From the human T2T-CHM13v2.0 reference genome, Homo sapiens: a stretch of 64,000 nucleotides of DNA. Of this stretch, positions 14,170 to 31,030 are shown one piece after another. The notes below the pieces were generated by a model. The model ran no database searches and was not told where the DNA came from. It was given only the letters and a program-made list of their open reading frames with translations. Each line of letters opens with the position of its first letter. Within the stretch, counting starts at the first letter, position 1. Location of the stretch: the NCBI RefSeq assembly GCF_009914755.1, contig NC_060926.1; one strand, 5' to 3'. The translations under genes were made by a program, and so were the position numbers.

Positions 14170-14242
14170 GGTCAGGCTGTCTCAAACTCCTGAGCTCAGA
14201 TGATCCGCCCACCTGGGCCTCCCAAAGTGCTGGGATTATAGG
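14170..14242 (-). mobile_element. Internal Alu fragment without poly(A) or TSD, inside the L2
   Basis: ggtcaggctgtctcaaactcctgagctcagatgatccgcccacctgggcctcccaaagtgctgggattatagg is Alu left-arm sequence. Confidence 0.9.
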
Positions 14243-14315
14243 AGACTGGAGACGCAGAGGAGAGAAGGGCAGAGAGGAAATGGAAGCCAGACCGTGTTGG
14301 GCCTTTGGGGCCCTA

Positions 14316-14695
<380 letters not shown>

Positions 14696-15095
14696 TCAGA
14701 TATTTCAATATTTCACGAGCTTGTGTTTCAGACCTGATGTTGTACTGAGTACTGAGGATATAGTGGTGACTGTGGAAGCAGCCTTTGCCCTCAAGGAATT
14801 TATTTTACTGGAGGATTTATTTTACTGGACCACCTAAGGAAGGGATGTGTCAGATTGGGAGCAGGCATAGCAGAGAAAGGACACAATTGGCCATTAGGTC
14901 TAAGACGTGAGCAGTACTTGGTCAAATGCTTTGACTGGTACCAGGAAGGCAACCCAAGACTTATCCTCAGTGACCCACCCCAACTCTACAGCCTCACCTC
15001 TGCAAAACACCATTCCCCAGGGTGGATTTCCCACTCTCGGAAGTCTGAAGTGTGGACAGGTGCATTTGATGTGCCTATCTCCTGAAATAAAATTA

Positions 15096-15417
<322 letters not shown>

Positions 15418-15811
15418 TACCTAATGCTTTTGGAGGAGGGGAGTGTGGCCTCAGTCTTATCAGGCACCACACCACGGGAAAGGAGTCTGAAGCCTCTCCT
15501 GCCAGTACGTTTTGAAGTGGAAAAGGGAGGAGCTCCTGAAATGACTAAATGTTTGAGGTGGGAATGGGGGGAGGGAAAAGGTGGAGGAAGTGCCTGAGAA
15601 TCGTAGGGTTGGTGACACCAAAGGTAAACCCAGCCTGAGGGACAGCGCGGCAGGACATGGACTATGTGAACAAGTGGAGCTCATCCAGTTAAACAGATGT
15701 AAAGGAGGTCAGCCAGGTAGTGACAAAAAGCTATGGACATAATTGGCAGAGAAATGAGGGAATCTAGGCAATATGTTAAAGTGAAAGCATTACTGATTGG
15801 TAATAAACTGA

Positions 15812-16165
<354 letters not shown>

Positions 16166-16259
16166 TGTTAATAGTGTTTTCTGAGTATCTGAATAACTGA
16201 ACACATCAGCAAGTTAATTTCTTCAGGGATGCTCCAAAGTCTCAGTTTTTCTTTAGGTT

Positions 16260-16604
16260 TTATTTTTTTTTCTTTTTTCCATTTCTTCTTCTTCTTCTTT
16301 TTTTTTTTTTTCTCTTGAGGCAAGGTTTTGCTCTGTCACCCAGGCTGATGTGCAGTGGCATGATCACGGCCCACTACAACCCCAAACTCGTGGACTCAGT
16401 TGATCCTCCTGCCTCAGCCTCCTGAGTAGCTGGGACTACAGGGCACACCATCACCACTCAGCTAATTATTTAACTTTTTGTAGAGGCAGGATTTTGCTAT
16501 GTTGCCAGGCTGGTCTCAAGCTCCTGGCCTCAAGTCACCCTTGATCCTCTTGCCTCAGCCTCCCAAAGTTCTAGGATTACAGATGTGAGCCACCTTGCCC
16601 AGCC
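16260..16604 (-). mobile_element. Alu, AluJ-type
   Basis: Diverged antisense dimer with a (TTC)n/T tail. Confidence 0.9.
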
Positions 16605-16791
16605 TCCTGTAGGTTTTGATTCTCTTTGGAATGTTCTTTTAGGAACAATCCATTATCTTAAGTCAGTATTAGGTTCTTGAACATTTGACTAGTTTTTGTG
16701 TCCCCTCCCCTTCAAAAAAAGAGCAAAGGAAATTGCATCTTATTTCTGCTTTTTTAAGGGAGAAAATATCTAAATATTTTATGTTTTATAC

Positions 16792-17016
16792 CAGGGATTT
16801 GCAAACATTTTCTGTAAACATCTCTAAAATAAACATTTTAGGCTATGCAGGCCATACATTCCCTGCTGCATCCACTCAGGTCTGCTGCTATAGCATGAAA
16901 ACAGCCATAGGCAGTGTGTAAAGGAATGAATGTGTCTGTGTTCCAGTAAAACTTTATTTGTAAAAACAGGCTGTGGGCCAGATTTGGCCCTTGAGCCAGA
17001 GTTGGCCAATTTCACC
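16792..17016 (+). mobile_element. MER58A (hAT-Charlie MITE)
   Basis: caggg..gcaaac..ttttctgtaaa...gttccagtaaaactttattt...gggccagatttggccc. Confidence 0.85.
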
Positions 17017-20000
17017 ATTACATTATCATCTTCGAAATATGCCTTCGTTGAAGATTATTTTACTTGTGACTATTTTTTTGTTGAGTTGATGTAATTCATT
17101 ATCATTCCTATTGTATATCATGTTTTACACCAAAATCTTGTGGTTTTAACAGCAGTGGTTTTAAAAGGTTAAAACTTTCCACATTTTTACTTTTTTTTTT
17201 TTCCCAAATTTCAGTCTTTTGTGGACATTTAGAACGGATCCAAACAGTGTTAAAGCTTTTAATTGTCCACTTTCTTTTCACTGGAGGAAATAACATTTAT
17301 AATTTCTTGTGTCATTTTAATTCTACACCAGCTATGTCATCAGTAGTTTTCTATTGCAAACGTAATAAAAAAGTAAAAATTAATTTTCTATCCTTTGACT
17401 CAAAGTGTCCCAATGCCTCGATATGGTGCTAAAGTAAAACTGTAAAGTTAATGGAATATTATAATCTGCAAGATGCTCTTTTGTTGAAGAAAGAAAATTG
17501 GCTCATATTCCATGGTATGAAAGGTTTATAGCAACAGGACCAACTAAATCAGCAATTAACAGTAAAAACACCAGATAAAAATGGATCGATCCCATCTTCT
17601 TTTACTGAGAGAACAGAAATCCCTATTAGAATGCTCAAAGGTTCTTTTCTGTCTCATTTTTAATGCTTAGGCAGATACCCTGGCTTCCAAATCTTGCATT
17701 AGGAAAAAAAAAGTAGCAGTATTAAAAAAGAGCAACATTTACTCTTTGCCTGTACAGGAGTGATTAAAATGTTGACGGCGTACTGGCATTCCCGAGCTTT
17801 GTGACAGCTGCCATTGCCGTGGCACCTAGCCGTAGAGCCAGGGCAGGCTTTATTAGTAAACTGCTCGCTGGGCCACGGACACTCTGCCTCCAATTCGCAC
17901 TAGCATCTGTTGCTGTATTTTAAATCTTCATCCCACAAACTTTGACGAAGGCAAAGATTCCATACCATATGCATTTGCTCCTTCAATAGAGCAGGTCGGT
18001 TTTCTAGGACCACAACCTACGCTTTTATTTCTGGAAATTAACGCTGCATTTCGCCCCTGATTTTGTTAGTAGCAAAAAGATTTTCACTTTTTTTGTACAA
18101 TCTACGTTTAGAAAATGGAAATTATGTTGAGTTAGATTTTCTTTTTTGGCAGGAGGGAGAATGAAGGCTTCTAACAAGCCTCACCAAATAGGACAGGCAG
18201 CATGCATCTTTTAGGCATTTTCAAACTTGTTCCAATTTGTGGGGACGGCGACCACCACGTCATTCTCTGATGACAACAGCTTCAAATGTGGCTGTACCAA
18301 TGCTACCGAGACATCCATTTAAAAAGAAAAGCATGTAAAATCCAGATTTGAAATTCAATAAGGAATCCAAAGAAAAGTCTAGCTTTCAGGCCATCTCCTA
18401 GCTAAATGAATAAATGAATAGGCAAACTATTGCATAAAAAAAAAATCTAGAGGGTAACTAAAGGAAGCCTTGCTCACTACTGTCTGAAAATAGCCTCGTC
18501 TGGAAAGGTATGCTTTTAGACTAAGAAAGCAGAAAAAACTAATTAGACAAGAAGCAACCGTGAACAAACATGTTAGCAGAATCAATAACTGGAACTGATC
18601 AGCTATTTCTTTAATTGTGCCAGCTGGACGTCCATGATATGCTTAGCAGAGCATAATTACCAGCTTCCATCCCATAGCAAATATCTTTTCTTTTTTCTTC
18701 CTTTTACATAAATAGCTGGGTATATGCCATTTAATAATAATGGTAATAATAATAATATTTTTTAAAATGTAAAAAGTAGTGGAAAATGAGATATCTCATG
18801 TAAGATGATATTTTATGAATAATTATAAGGTGGCCAAGTAAGTATGCCAATTGTGCTAATAAGAATGTGAGCTATCAAGGAAATGTAACTAATTTCTTAA
18901 TTTAAAGGCCATTATGTGCTCTGTGTGCAAAGCTGCATTATTAAAAGTAGGGGCCATTTGTTTTGCTGTTTTAGTATGGGTTGTGTAGCTTGTTCCCATT
19001 TGTACAGCTATGATTGATCTGGGCCCAAAGCACTTTGCCTACTGCAACTTGAAGGACCACGCAACACAGTTGTCTGGTACCATTAGGAGGAATTAAGATG
19101 GACTTTTTGAGTTGTGTAAGTAAAAGGAATAGAGAAGAGAAAGGTTTCACTAGTTAATTCAACGGAAAAAAAAAATCCTAACCCAATTGATTTGTATACT
19201 TTTTTTCCCCCAAGTGACAGCAAAACAAAGGTTTGTAAGCATGTAATAGACTGGAAAGACCAGTGTTTAAAAGGCCAAGTTTAGCTGTGTGTAATCAAGG
19301 AAAGCTTATCGTTTCTGACATATTGCTGTGGGAAACTGGCCTCTTTAGGGCAGTTGTCACCTGGAAAAGTGACATGTTAAAGGAAATATGTACATAGGGA
19401 GTGAAGGGCAAACCAGAAAATACTGGAAGATTCTGATAAAAGTGAGGATTTACTAATGCTAATTCAAAACTTACCTAAGATGTTTTTTCCAGAAGGAAAA
19501 TATTTCTTCAATTTGTTTGGTATGACAAACATCATTATTATGGGGAAGCAGTCATAATAATAAATGTTTTGACACATTTGCTCCTAGATATAGAAAAAAC
19601 GTATGGAAGATGGAGTAAAATAAATTTTCAAGTGACTATGGTCTGCTTTTATTTTTCTGAGTTCATTGTTCCACATTAAATTAGAAAGATGATTGTTTTA
19701 TTCAGCAGGCATAATTCATCGCAGCTGAAAAGACTGTAACTACATTGGGGTTGTTGATGCCTGGGTTCTACCAGCCCTGGAGAACAGTTTCTGTTTCTTC
19801 TGTGATGTTCAGAAAAGACAATCCCTGCACTAATTCTCTTCATTACCAGCAACTCAGTTCCACTTCGTCGAATTTGGTTCGATTTAGTGCAATTCACCCA
19901 ACCTTTATTGTGCAATTACAAAGCACCAGTCTATCTTAAGGCACCAGTCCTTAGAGAAGCCCATCACCTTCCAGTCCCAGAGGGAACTGTATATTTCCTT

Positions 20001-20037
20001 TTATTCAGGCTGTCTGAAGGCAGTCAAACCAAGCTAC

Positions 20038-20352
<315 letters not shown>

Positions 20353-22356
20353 GGAAGAAGTAAATTGCTGCCTCTAAGAGATTTCTACCTTTAAGTTGCC
20401 AGATAGTTCTGTTTGAATGAGGATGGAAGGAGAGTCCGTTTCTCCCATCGGTAATTTGCTTTCTGACTTTGGCTAGATCATTTGACCTCTCTGGAGCCTT
20501 ACGAGTTTCATCTATAAAATGGGGAATGCAGTATTTATTTGCCTCTTTTGTAGGGGGGAAATTAAAAAATTACAGAATAATACTAAAAATAAGACACCTA
20601 AGTTCTCAATATCCAGAATTTACAGAAGTTTATATTTTCTAATATTTGTTTCTAATAGTGTTCGTTAACACGTTTTTCAAACCTAATGAATGAGTCGTGT
20701 GTGTAAACAACAGCTATAAAATGGGAGAACAGCTATTGTTGGTATATTAGGTGCTTTCAGGTTGAAAGTAAGAAATATCTCAGGTTATCAGTTGCTGATA
20801 CTTTATCCTAAAACACAGGAAGTGAGAAGTTTAGCCACCACACAACCCCTCTGGGTCCCCAGGCTCAGGTCTCTTCATGGAGAAATGGCCTTTGTAATCA
20901 AATCATGCAAATGTTGCATAGTTAATTTCATTAGTCTATAGGGTGAAGCATAGAAAGAAGTATGGGGTCCAGAGAAGCATATAAACGTTTGCTGTACAGC
21001 ACAGAATTTTAGAAAAGAAACGCCTGCCTGTATCCAGTCTTTTGCAGGGCAAGGGGAGTATTAACTGAAGTTCAGATTTAATCTTCTCAGGGATGATGTA
21101 TTATTTAATACTTTAATAACCCATGCCCTCCTTTCCTGATTTTATTCTTGTCCCCATAACACTTACCACTTTTTAGCTTTTTATTGTGTATTTTTAAAAA
21201 TCTCTGTCTGCCTATAGAATATTAGCTCGCATTGGCCATTACCTATTCCTATAAATTAGCCGGAGTGTGAGGACGAAGGACAAGCTGATTCTAATAATAA
21301 CAACGCCCCTTCACAAAATCAGGACTGACCAATATCACCAGCGCATGGCACCTAGACTAGGTAGAACACGGTTTTCTCCTTTTCTTCCTTTATACAGTAC
21401 CTTTTAAAAGTAAAATTTAATTTATTAGCAAAATGGTTAATTGTAAATCATTTTTCCCCACTGTTTTGTGGTAAAATACACACAACATAAAACTTACCAT
21501 CTTCACTGTACAGTTCAGTGGTATTAAGTACATTAGTATTGTTGTACACCCATCACTACCATCCATCTCTAGAATGCTTTTCATCTTGCAAAACTAAAAC
21601 TCTGTACCCATTAAACAATAACTCCCCATTCCCTCCTCCCACCAGCATCTAGCAAACACCACTTTACTTTCTCTCTATAATTTGTGCTACTCTAAGTACT
21701 TCATATAAATGGAATCATACAGTATTTGTGTTTTTGTGACTAGCTTATTTCATTTAATAAAATGACTTTAAGGTTCATCTATGTTGTGGCATGTGTCAGG
21801 ATTTCCTCCCTATTCTCTAGCTTGTTTGTCTCAGCTCCAATCTTTGTTATTTCCTTCCTTCTGCTAGCTTTGTGCTTATTCTTATTTTTGGAGTTCCTTA
21901 AGTTGTAAAGTTAGGTTTTTAATTGGAGATATATCCTGGTTTTTAATATATGCATTTGTAGCTACAAATTTCTCCCTTAGTACTAATTTCACTACATCCC
22001 ATACGTTTTGGTATATTGTGTTTGTTTCCATTCATCTCTAAGTATTTTCTAATTTCCTGTGATTTCTTCTTTGGTCATTGGTTATTTACAAGTTGTTTAA
22101 TACCCACAAATTTGTGAATTTTCCATTTTGATTTCCAATTTTATCCTGCTGTGGTCAGAGAAGATATTTTATATTATACCTATTTTTTTAAGTTGATTGA
22201 GGCTTAACATACGGTCTATCCTGGAAAATGTCCCAAATATTCTTGAGATGAATGTGTATGCTATTGTTATTGGGTAGACTTCTATTAGGTTTAATTTGTT
22301 TATTGTGTTGTTTCAGTCATCCACTTCATAACTTATCTTCTGTCTGTTTGTTTTAT

Positions 22357-22662
22357 TAATTATTGTTATTATTATTTTTTGAGACAGAGTTTTAGTCTGT
22401 CATCCAGGCTGGTGTGCAGTGGTGTGATCTCAGCTCACTGCAACCTTCACCTCCTGGGTTAAGGCAATTTCCCTGCCTCAGCCCCCCAAATAGCTAGGAC
22501 TACAGGTGCCTGCCACCATGCTCGGCTAATTTTTGTCTTTCTAACAGAGACGAGATTTCACCATATTGGCCAGGCTGGTCTCAAACTCCTAACCTCAGGT
22601 GATCTGACCACCTTGGCCTCCCAAAGTGCTGGGTTTACAGGCGTGAACCTCTGTGCCTGGCT
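22357..22662 (-). mobile_element. Alu, AluS-type
   Basis: Antisense dimer inside the L1M. Confidence 0.95.
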
Positions 22663-22947
22663 GGTTGTTCTATTTATTATTAAGAAAGGTATTGAGATCT
22701 CCAATCATTATCATAGAACTTTCAATTTCTCTCTTCAGTTCTGTCAATTTTTGTTTCATATATTTTGATGGTTTGTTATTAAATGTGTAATGTTTATAAC
22801 TATTATATTTTCTTGCTGTATTAAATTCTTTATTAATATTTAATGTCCTTTTAATTCAAACTACATATTGTCTGATATTAGTATAATCAACCTACTCTCT
22901 TTTAGTAACTGTTTGCATGGAACTCTTTTTTTCATCGTTTCACTTTC

Positions 22948-23706
22948 TTTTTTTTAAAAAATATTGTTATATTTTTAAGTTGAATAAAATGATGTTTGAT
23001 ATACATATACACAGTGAAATGGTTACTATAGTCATGCAAATTAACATGTCCATCATCTCACATAGTTACACATTTTGTGTGTGTGTGGTAAGAGTACCTA
23101 AAATTTAGTCTTTTAGCAAAACTCCCAAGTACAATAAAATACTATTAAGTATACTCCTAATGTTACACATTAGATCTCTAAATTTGTTCATTCTACATAT
23201 TTGATAATTTGTATCCTTTGACCTACATCTCTCCATTCTTCCCACAATTCCCACACCTCACCTGGGGTAACCACTGTTTTATTCTCTATCTCTGTGTATT
23301 TGACACTTTTTTTTCTTTTGGATTCCTCATATAAGCCAGATCATGCAGAAGTTTTCTTTCTGTGTCTGGCTTATTTCACTTAACATAATGTCCTCCAGAT
23401 TCATCCATGTTGTGACAAACAAGGGCTCCCTCTTTTTATAAAGCTGAATAATATATAAATTGTGTGTATATATATATATGTATATACACACATATACACA
23501 TATGCTATAGTTTCTTTATCCATTTATTTGTCAACTGACAGTTTGGGGCTTTGGTTGTTTCCATATCTTGGTCACTTTGAATAATGCTGCAATCAACATG
23601 GTAGTTCAGATACCTTTATGAAGTGGTGATTTTATTTCCTTTGTATATAATATATTCAGAAGAGGAATTACCAGGTCATATGGTAGTTCTATTTTGAATT
23701 TCCTTA
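22948..23706 (-). mobile_element. L1MA (L1MA8/9-like) 3' fragment nested in older L1
   Basis: gtgaaatggttactatagtc...catcatctcacatagttac; TSD catcgtttcactttc (22933-22947) / cattctttcattttc (23707-23721). Confidence 0.85.
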
Positions 23707-24214
23707 CATTCTTTCATTTTCAATCTGTTTGTGTCTTTAGATCTAAAGCAAGTCTCTTGTAGAAAGCATACATCTGGATCATGTTTTTGTTTTCCATATG
23801 CCTGAGAAATTTTGTCTCTCACTTCCTGCATTACTGTTTGCTTTTGTGTTTAGTTAATTTTTAAATAGTGAAACATTTTAATTATCTTCATATTTCCTTT
23901 TGTGTATATTCTATACCTATTTTCTTTGTGGTTACCATGGGGATTACATTTAACATCCTAGAATTATAGCACTCTAAGTTGAATTTTTACCATATTAACT
24001 TTAATAACACACAAAACTGCTCCTTTACAGCCCCATCCACATCCCTTTTAGTTGTTGATGTCACAAAATTATATCGTTATACATTAAAGTTTATATACAT
24101 TAATGCAAACATCCACATTTAGGTTAAAGTATAGTGTAAATAAATATGATGCATGCATAAAATTAAGATACATTAATATATCACATTAAAGATATTAAAG
24201 TTTATGTCCAATAA

Positions 24215-24514
<300 letters not shown>

Positions 24515-24858
24515 CAACTAATAATTTGTTAACGCATTAGTCACTTACATAGAAAACAAAATGTAGAATTACAAACCTGAATTATAATAATGCTAACTTA
24601 TATAATTGCTTTCCAGATTTTGCCTTTGGCTGGAATTGACCCAAATTAACTGCAATTTACCTTCTAAGCCTTTCCCAGTATTGCTGTCTGAGTAGAGAAA
24701 AGGATTTCTGGTGCTCTCTACTCTGTTATATTCCCAGAATTCTCTGGCTTCTTATATTTAAAAAGAACATTATTAATTACAGAGAAACTGAAGTTCTCCT
24801 TAACCACCATCCATGATTCCTTTTCTCTCCCTGCAATAGTGGATGTTCTCCCAGCCTA

Positions 24859-25283
<425 letters not shown>

Positions 25284-25573
25284 TTAGCTATTAACACAGA
25301 CATATTTTGCAACCTTTTCACTGAACAATTTATACGTTTCTGTTGTACTTTATACATGTTATACATGACATGTAATATATGCATACTTTATTCCTTTTAG
25401 CATTTAATTTTGTGCATGCATCACATTTATTTACACTATATATTAACCTAAATTTGAATATTTATACGGTTTTTAATTTTTCACCCTTGAAAACAATTCT
25501 CCCTATAAAAATACTCAAGTCATCTTACCTGTATAAGTTTTTCTAAGCATGACATATCTAGAAGATTTACTGG

Positions 25574-26476
<903 letters not shown>

Positions 26477-26784
26477 ACATTTTCAATTTAACAAGATTTT
26501 GCCAAATTTCTCTTCAAAGTGGCTGTACTAATTTACATTTCTAGAGCAGCTTGTGAATATTTCTATTTCCCCACATTCCTACTATAACTTAAAATGCCAT
26601 ACTTCTTTATTTTTACTAACTTGACAAATAAAAAAAATTTTATTACTTATTCAATTTAAATTTTCTTAATTGTATTTGTCTAACTAAGCCAATAGGATTC
26701 TCTCTCAGAACCTTGAATTTTCAGTGGAGTTTTAAAAGTGCAAGGGAAAACAAAAGTTCATCTAAGAACAGCACCTTGATAAGA

Positions 26785-27255
26785 CTGTGGCATTGCCGAC
26801 AAGAGCAGAGGCTTTGAGGGCAGCATTGCCACGCAGAACTGCCTACATAATGGAAATGGTCTCTATCTGTGCTTTCCACTATGGTAAAGCACAAGCCAGA
26901 CATGGCTATTGAACACTTGAACAGCGACCAATGTACCAATGTGACTGAGGAACTAAATGTTTCTATTTAATTTAATTGTAATTAATGTAAATGTAAACTT
27001 AAATAGTCACATGCAGCTCATGGCTACCATATTAGATAGCACAGCTCTAGGCTAGCCATTCAAATCCCAGCTCTGCTATTTGATATTTGACCCGGGGCAA
27101 GTTACTTAATCTCTCCATTCCTCTGTTCCATTTCCCGTAAACTAGTTGTTTTTTTTTTGTTTTTGTTTTTTTTCTCAAAATAATTTATGAGTTCAGATGA
27201 AATAGAGTGCTAGAGTGGTACCTGGCATATAGTAAATACTGTACAAATGTTTGTT
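26785..27255 (+). mobile_element. MIR split by MER3
   Basis: aagagcagaggctttg before the MER3; ttcaaatcccagctctgc...ggcaagttacttaatctctc...cctggcatatagtaa after it. Confidence 0.7.
26821..27043 (+). mobile_element. MER3 (hAT-Charlie MITE)
   Basis: agaact...atggaaatg..ctatctgtgct...gtgactgaggaact...tggctaccatattagatagcacag. Confidence 0.85.
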
Positions 27256-27479
27256 CTTGTTCCCTAGTGGGAGTGAACATTTTTATGTTTATTTGGCTTT
27301 TAGATTTCTTCTGTGATTCCTTGCATGTAACCTTTGCCCATTTCACTATCTGGTCATTTGTCTTTATCTGTGATTCAGTCCAAATAAAATTAATTTTAAG
27401 GAACTATCTGATAAAGACTTTAAAGTATATTTAAGATACTCAAAGACAGAAAAAATGACGTCCACTAAAAGTTCAGAAT

Positions 27480-28500
27480 AAAGACATTTTAAATTAAAAA
27501 TTTCTAGTATGCCTCTAATAAAAGTTCGGAAAGAAGAAAATGTACAAATATAAGAAATAAGAATTTTCCAGAATTTTAAAAAGAAACAAATCTCAGCACA
27601 AAAGTATACTTTGAATATTTAAGTAGGAAAAATAAAGATAAAGCCACATCTACAAACATGGTAGTAAAACTGAAGAACAAGGAACAAAACCCCAATCTAC
27701 AAATCTCCTATTGGTTTTTGCTTCCTACATCTTGCACTGGCTTTATTTTTTTCCTCGAAGAATTAACTTAGTAATCTATAGGTGGTAAACTCTCTTAGCC
27801 TTTGTATATTAAAAATTCTTACTCCTTTTCTCTCTATTTTTCTTTCTCTTTCTCCCTTGAATTACAGTCTAGCAGGATATTAAATTCTAAGTTGGTCATT
27901 TTTTTAACGTCAGCACTCTACAAGTATGAATTCATTGTCTCCTGGCCTCTATTATGGCTCATGAGAAGTCCTTTGCCAATATAATTGCCATTCATTTAAG
28001 GTAAAGTACACCACAGTTATAATTAATTTAAAATGTTATTTTAAATGTCTCATTCACAATGGTAACAAAAACTACAAGCTACAAACCACAAAACACAAAG
28101 ATGTATAAGACCTTTGTAGAGAAAATTATAAAACATTTACAGGAAGACCCGTATAACCTCACAGATGGTCTGTGTTCATGGATATGTAGAACCATACATG
28201 TCTTTGGATGTGTATGACAATAATATACATTCTTTGTAAATTCCATTCAATTCTAATACATATTCCAACATTTTTAACAGATATGGCAACCTCATCTTAG
28301 ATTTTTAATAGAACGTGGCAGGCTTATCTTAGGTTTATCATGAAATCACCAAAGGCCGAAAATAAGACAATTCTGAAGAAAATTAGTAAGGGAGTGAGAG
28401 CTTGTTCTATGTGGTAAAACATATATGGCAAAGCATATAATATAAGTGAGTGTGGTATTATTAAAGGTATAGACTGAGAAACTCAGAACAGAATAGGAGA
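27480..28500. mobile_element. Old L1M/HAL1 debris in mixed orientations
   Basis: Sense ORF1-like piece, antisense piece (ggtggtaaactctcttagc...tgagaagtc), then sense ORF2-like piece (cattcacaatggtaac...tgttcatgga). Confidence 0.55.
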
Positions 28501-29242
28501 CTTATGTTAATTTTATTGTCTGCTTTTCTTAGCTTTAGTTTTTTTCTTGTTTGAAAGTTTGCTTTGCACATTCATTTTGAGAGACGTTTCTGATCAGGTT
28601 TTGTTTTTCTCTTTCTTTGTCTCTAGCAGCTTTGGAATTTTGAGTTTCCCCCACCAAGGCCTTTTGCTTCCAATTTAGAACCAGGTCCTAAAATGCAACT
28701 TTAGAATACCTGTTCTGCAGCAATATCGAGAATATCACAGATCTAGGGCAGTGACCTGCTTGATTCCTGGTCATAAGAACGTCAGGGCATAGCTTCTCAG
28801 AAAGCCCCAATTCCACAATTCAGTTGGGCAGCCTTTTCCCTCATTCTTTCTTTACAAGCAAGCAAGCTTTACTTAGCTCTCATCTTCAGGCACTCCATTT
28901 TGAAATTTTGTAATTTTAGTTCCCATTATCCTTCAGAAATTGGACTCTCAGCCATCACTATTGGTTTTCAGCAACAGAGTACAGCAGACCAGAGGTTTCA
29001 GCTCTATTCTGTTTCTCCAGCCCTCTGTCTGCTTTTCATCAGTCTTTTCAAAAGTGTTTGGAGCAGGGGGTTGGGGAGTATTACAGATCATAAAATTACA
29101 GAGCCATCTTGAGTCTATGTCCCTTGGGTTACAATGAATTACATTTGAAATTTATTTCCAATGAAATGAGAGAGCACGAGTTATGTCTGTGTTATAAAAA
29201 ATATCTAATTTGAGTAGGAATAAAATAAATGCCTAAGTGGTA

Positions 29243-29753
<511 letters not shown>

Positions 29754-30776
29754 CTATGGAAGTGGATTTCTGACTGCACTGTAAGTTTTATAGAGGCCAG
29801 ATCAAGGAGCCTTAATTTGCTTTATGTTTTGGGGCTTTCTCTAACATTTAATTGTAGAGAAATTCCACTGCTATAAATGTATTTGAACATTCATGATCTA
29901 TCATAAAATCAATCTATAAGTTGTCAACTATCGTAAAACCTTGATAGTCTCCAGGGTTATATCCTGAGACCTTCACAATTCCCCGAAGTAGCATTTGCAA
30001 ATAACCACTACACAGTTAGTTTTCTTAGTTTTCTCATCTGGGAAGTGGACATAATAATGTTTGTATCATATGGTGCTGGGGGTGTTACATGAGACCGGAT
30101 GTTGAATAAAGAGACCAATGAAGCTGCGTCAAGAGGAAAGTTGGCTGATGAGCACGTCTTTCTCTAGTTAACTGACTTTCACTCATATATCAGCCTTGGA
30201 ACACATGGGACTCTACTTCATGCTAAGGGAAAATAAATTATAAACTGTGGAATACGGTTCATCAATAGATAATCAGAACCACAAATGCCCACTTAAATAT
30301 AGCAGGGCGTCCTAAAGTTAGAGGTCCCAAAGCCCTCAAAATACCTTGGCCTGTGGTCTGTTCACCTTTCCAGGGGATGCCTGTGATGCTGCACCAGCAA
30401 ATTGCCCCAGGCAAAACACATCTCAAGAAGACACCTTTATTTTTAGTAAATAAAATATTCAGAGTCGAGCTCCAAGAACGATAAGGATCAATGTAGAAGT
30501 CAGTACCTAGGTACCTACCACAGTGCTGAGCTTGTGCCCTCCCCACAAAATTTAGAGAGTAAGTAGATTTATAGCATACATCTGAAATGCTGTTTAACAA
30601 TGCGAGAATCCTCAGTACAAGTCATGGGGACTGGATAAATGCTATAGCAGTTTCATGTTAGAAGAGCTCATGGTGCTATCTCAGGGCGAGCCAAGGTTGC
30701 TTCATGGGGGCCATGAGACTTCAGTATTTCCCTTTCGTCGCAAGGCATGCTGGTGGAGATGACACACGGGCAGAAA

Positions 30777-31030
30777 AGCTTAGTGGTTAAGAGTTTGAGC
30801 CCTGATTCAGGCCTCTGGAATGCAAATCCCCATTCTGACTTTTCCTATTTCTCTGATCTTGGGCAAATTACTTAACCCTCTGTGTCTTGGTTTTCTCATC
30901 TGTAAAATGGATTTTAGTAATAACACCTGCCCACATAGAACTATTGTGAAAATTAAATATGTTAATGTTTGTCAAGTGCTCAGAGCAGTGCCTGGCATCT
31001 AGTAAGCACTGTGCTAGTGTTTGTTAAATA
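30777..31030 (+). mobile_element. MIR, near full length
   Basis: tagtggttaagag...cttgggcaaattacttaaccctctgtgtct...ctcatctgtaaaatgg...gtgcctggcatctagtaagcact. Confidence 0.9.

Noticed and set aside
13702-14193. 163-aa ORF
   Set aside because: Lies antisense across L2 and runs into an Alu fragment; chance frame
15629-15649. RE1/REST-like site cccagcctgagggacagcgcg
   Set aside because: The right half matches but the ACC of the left half is absent
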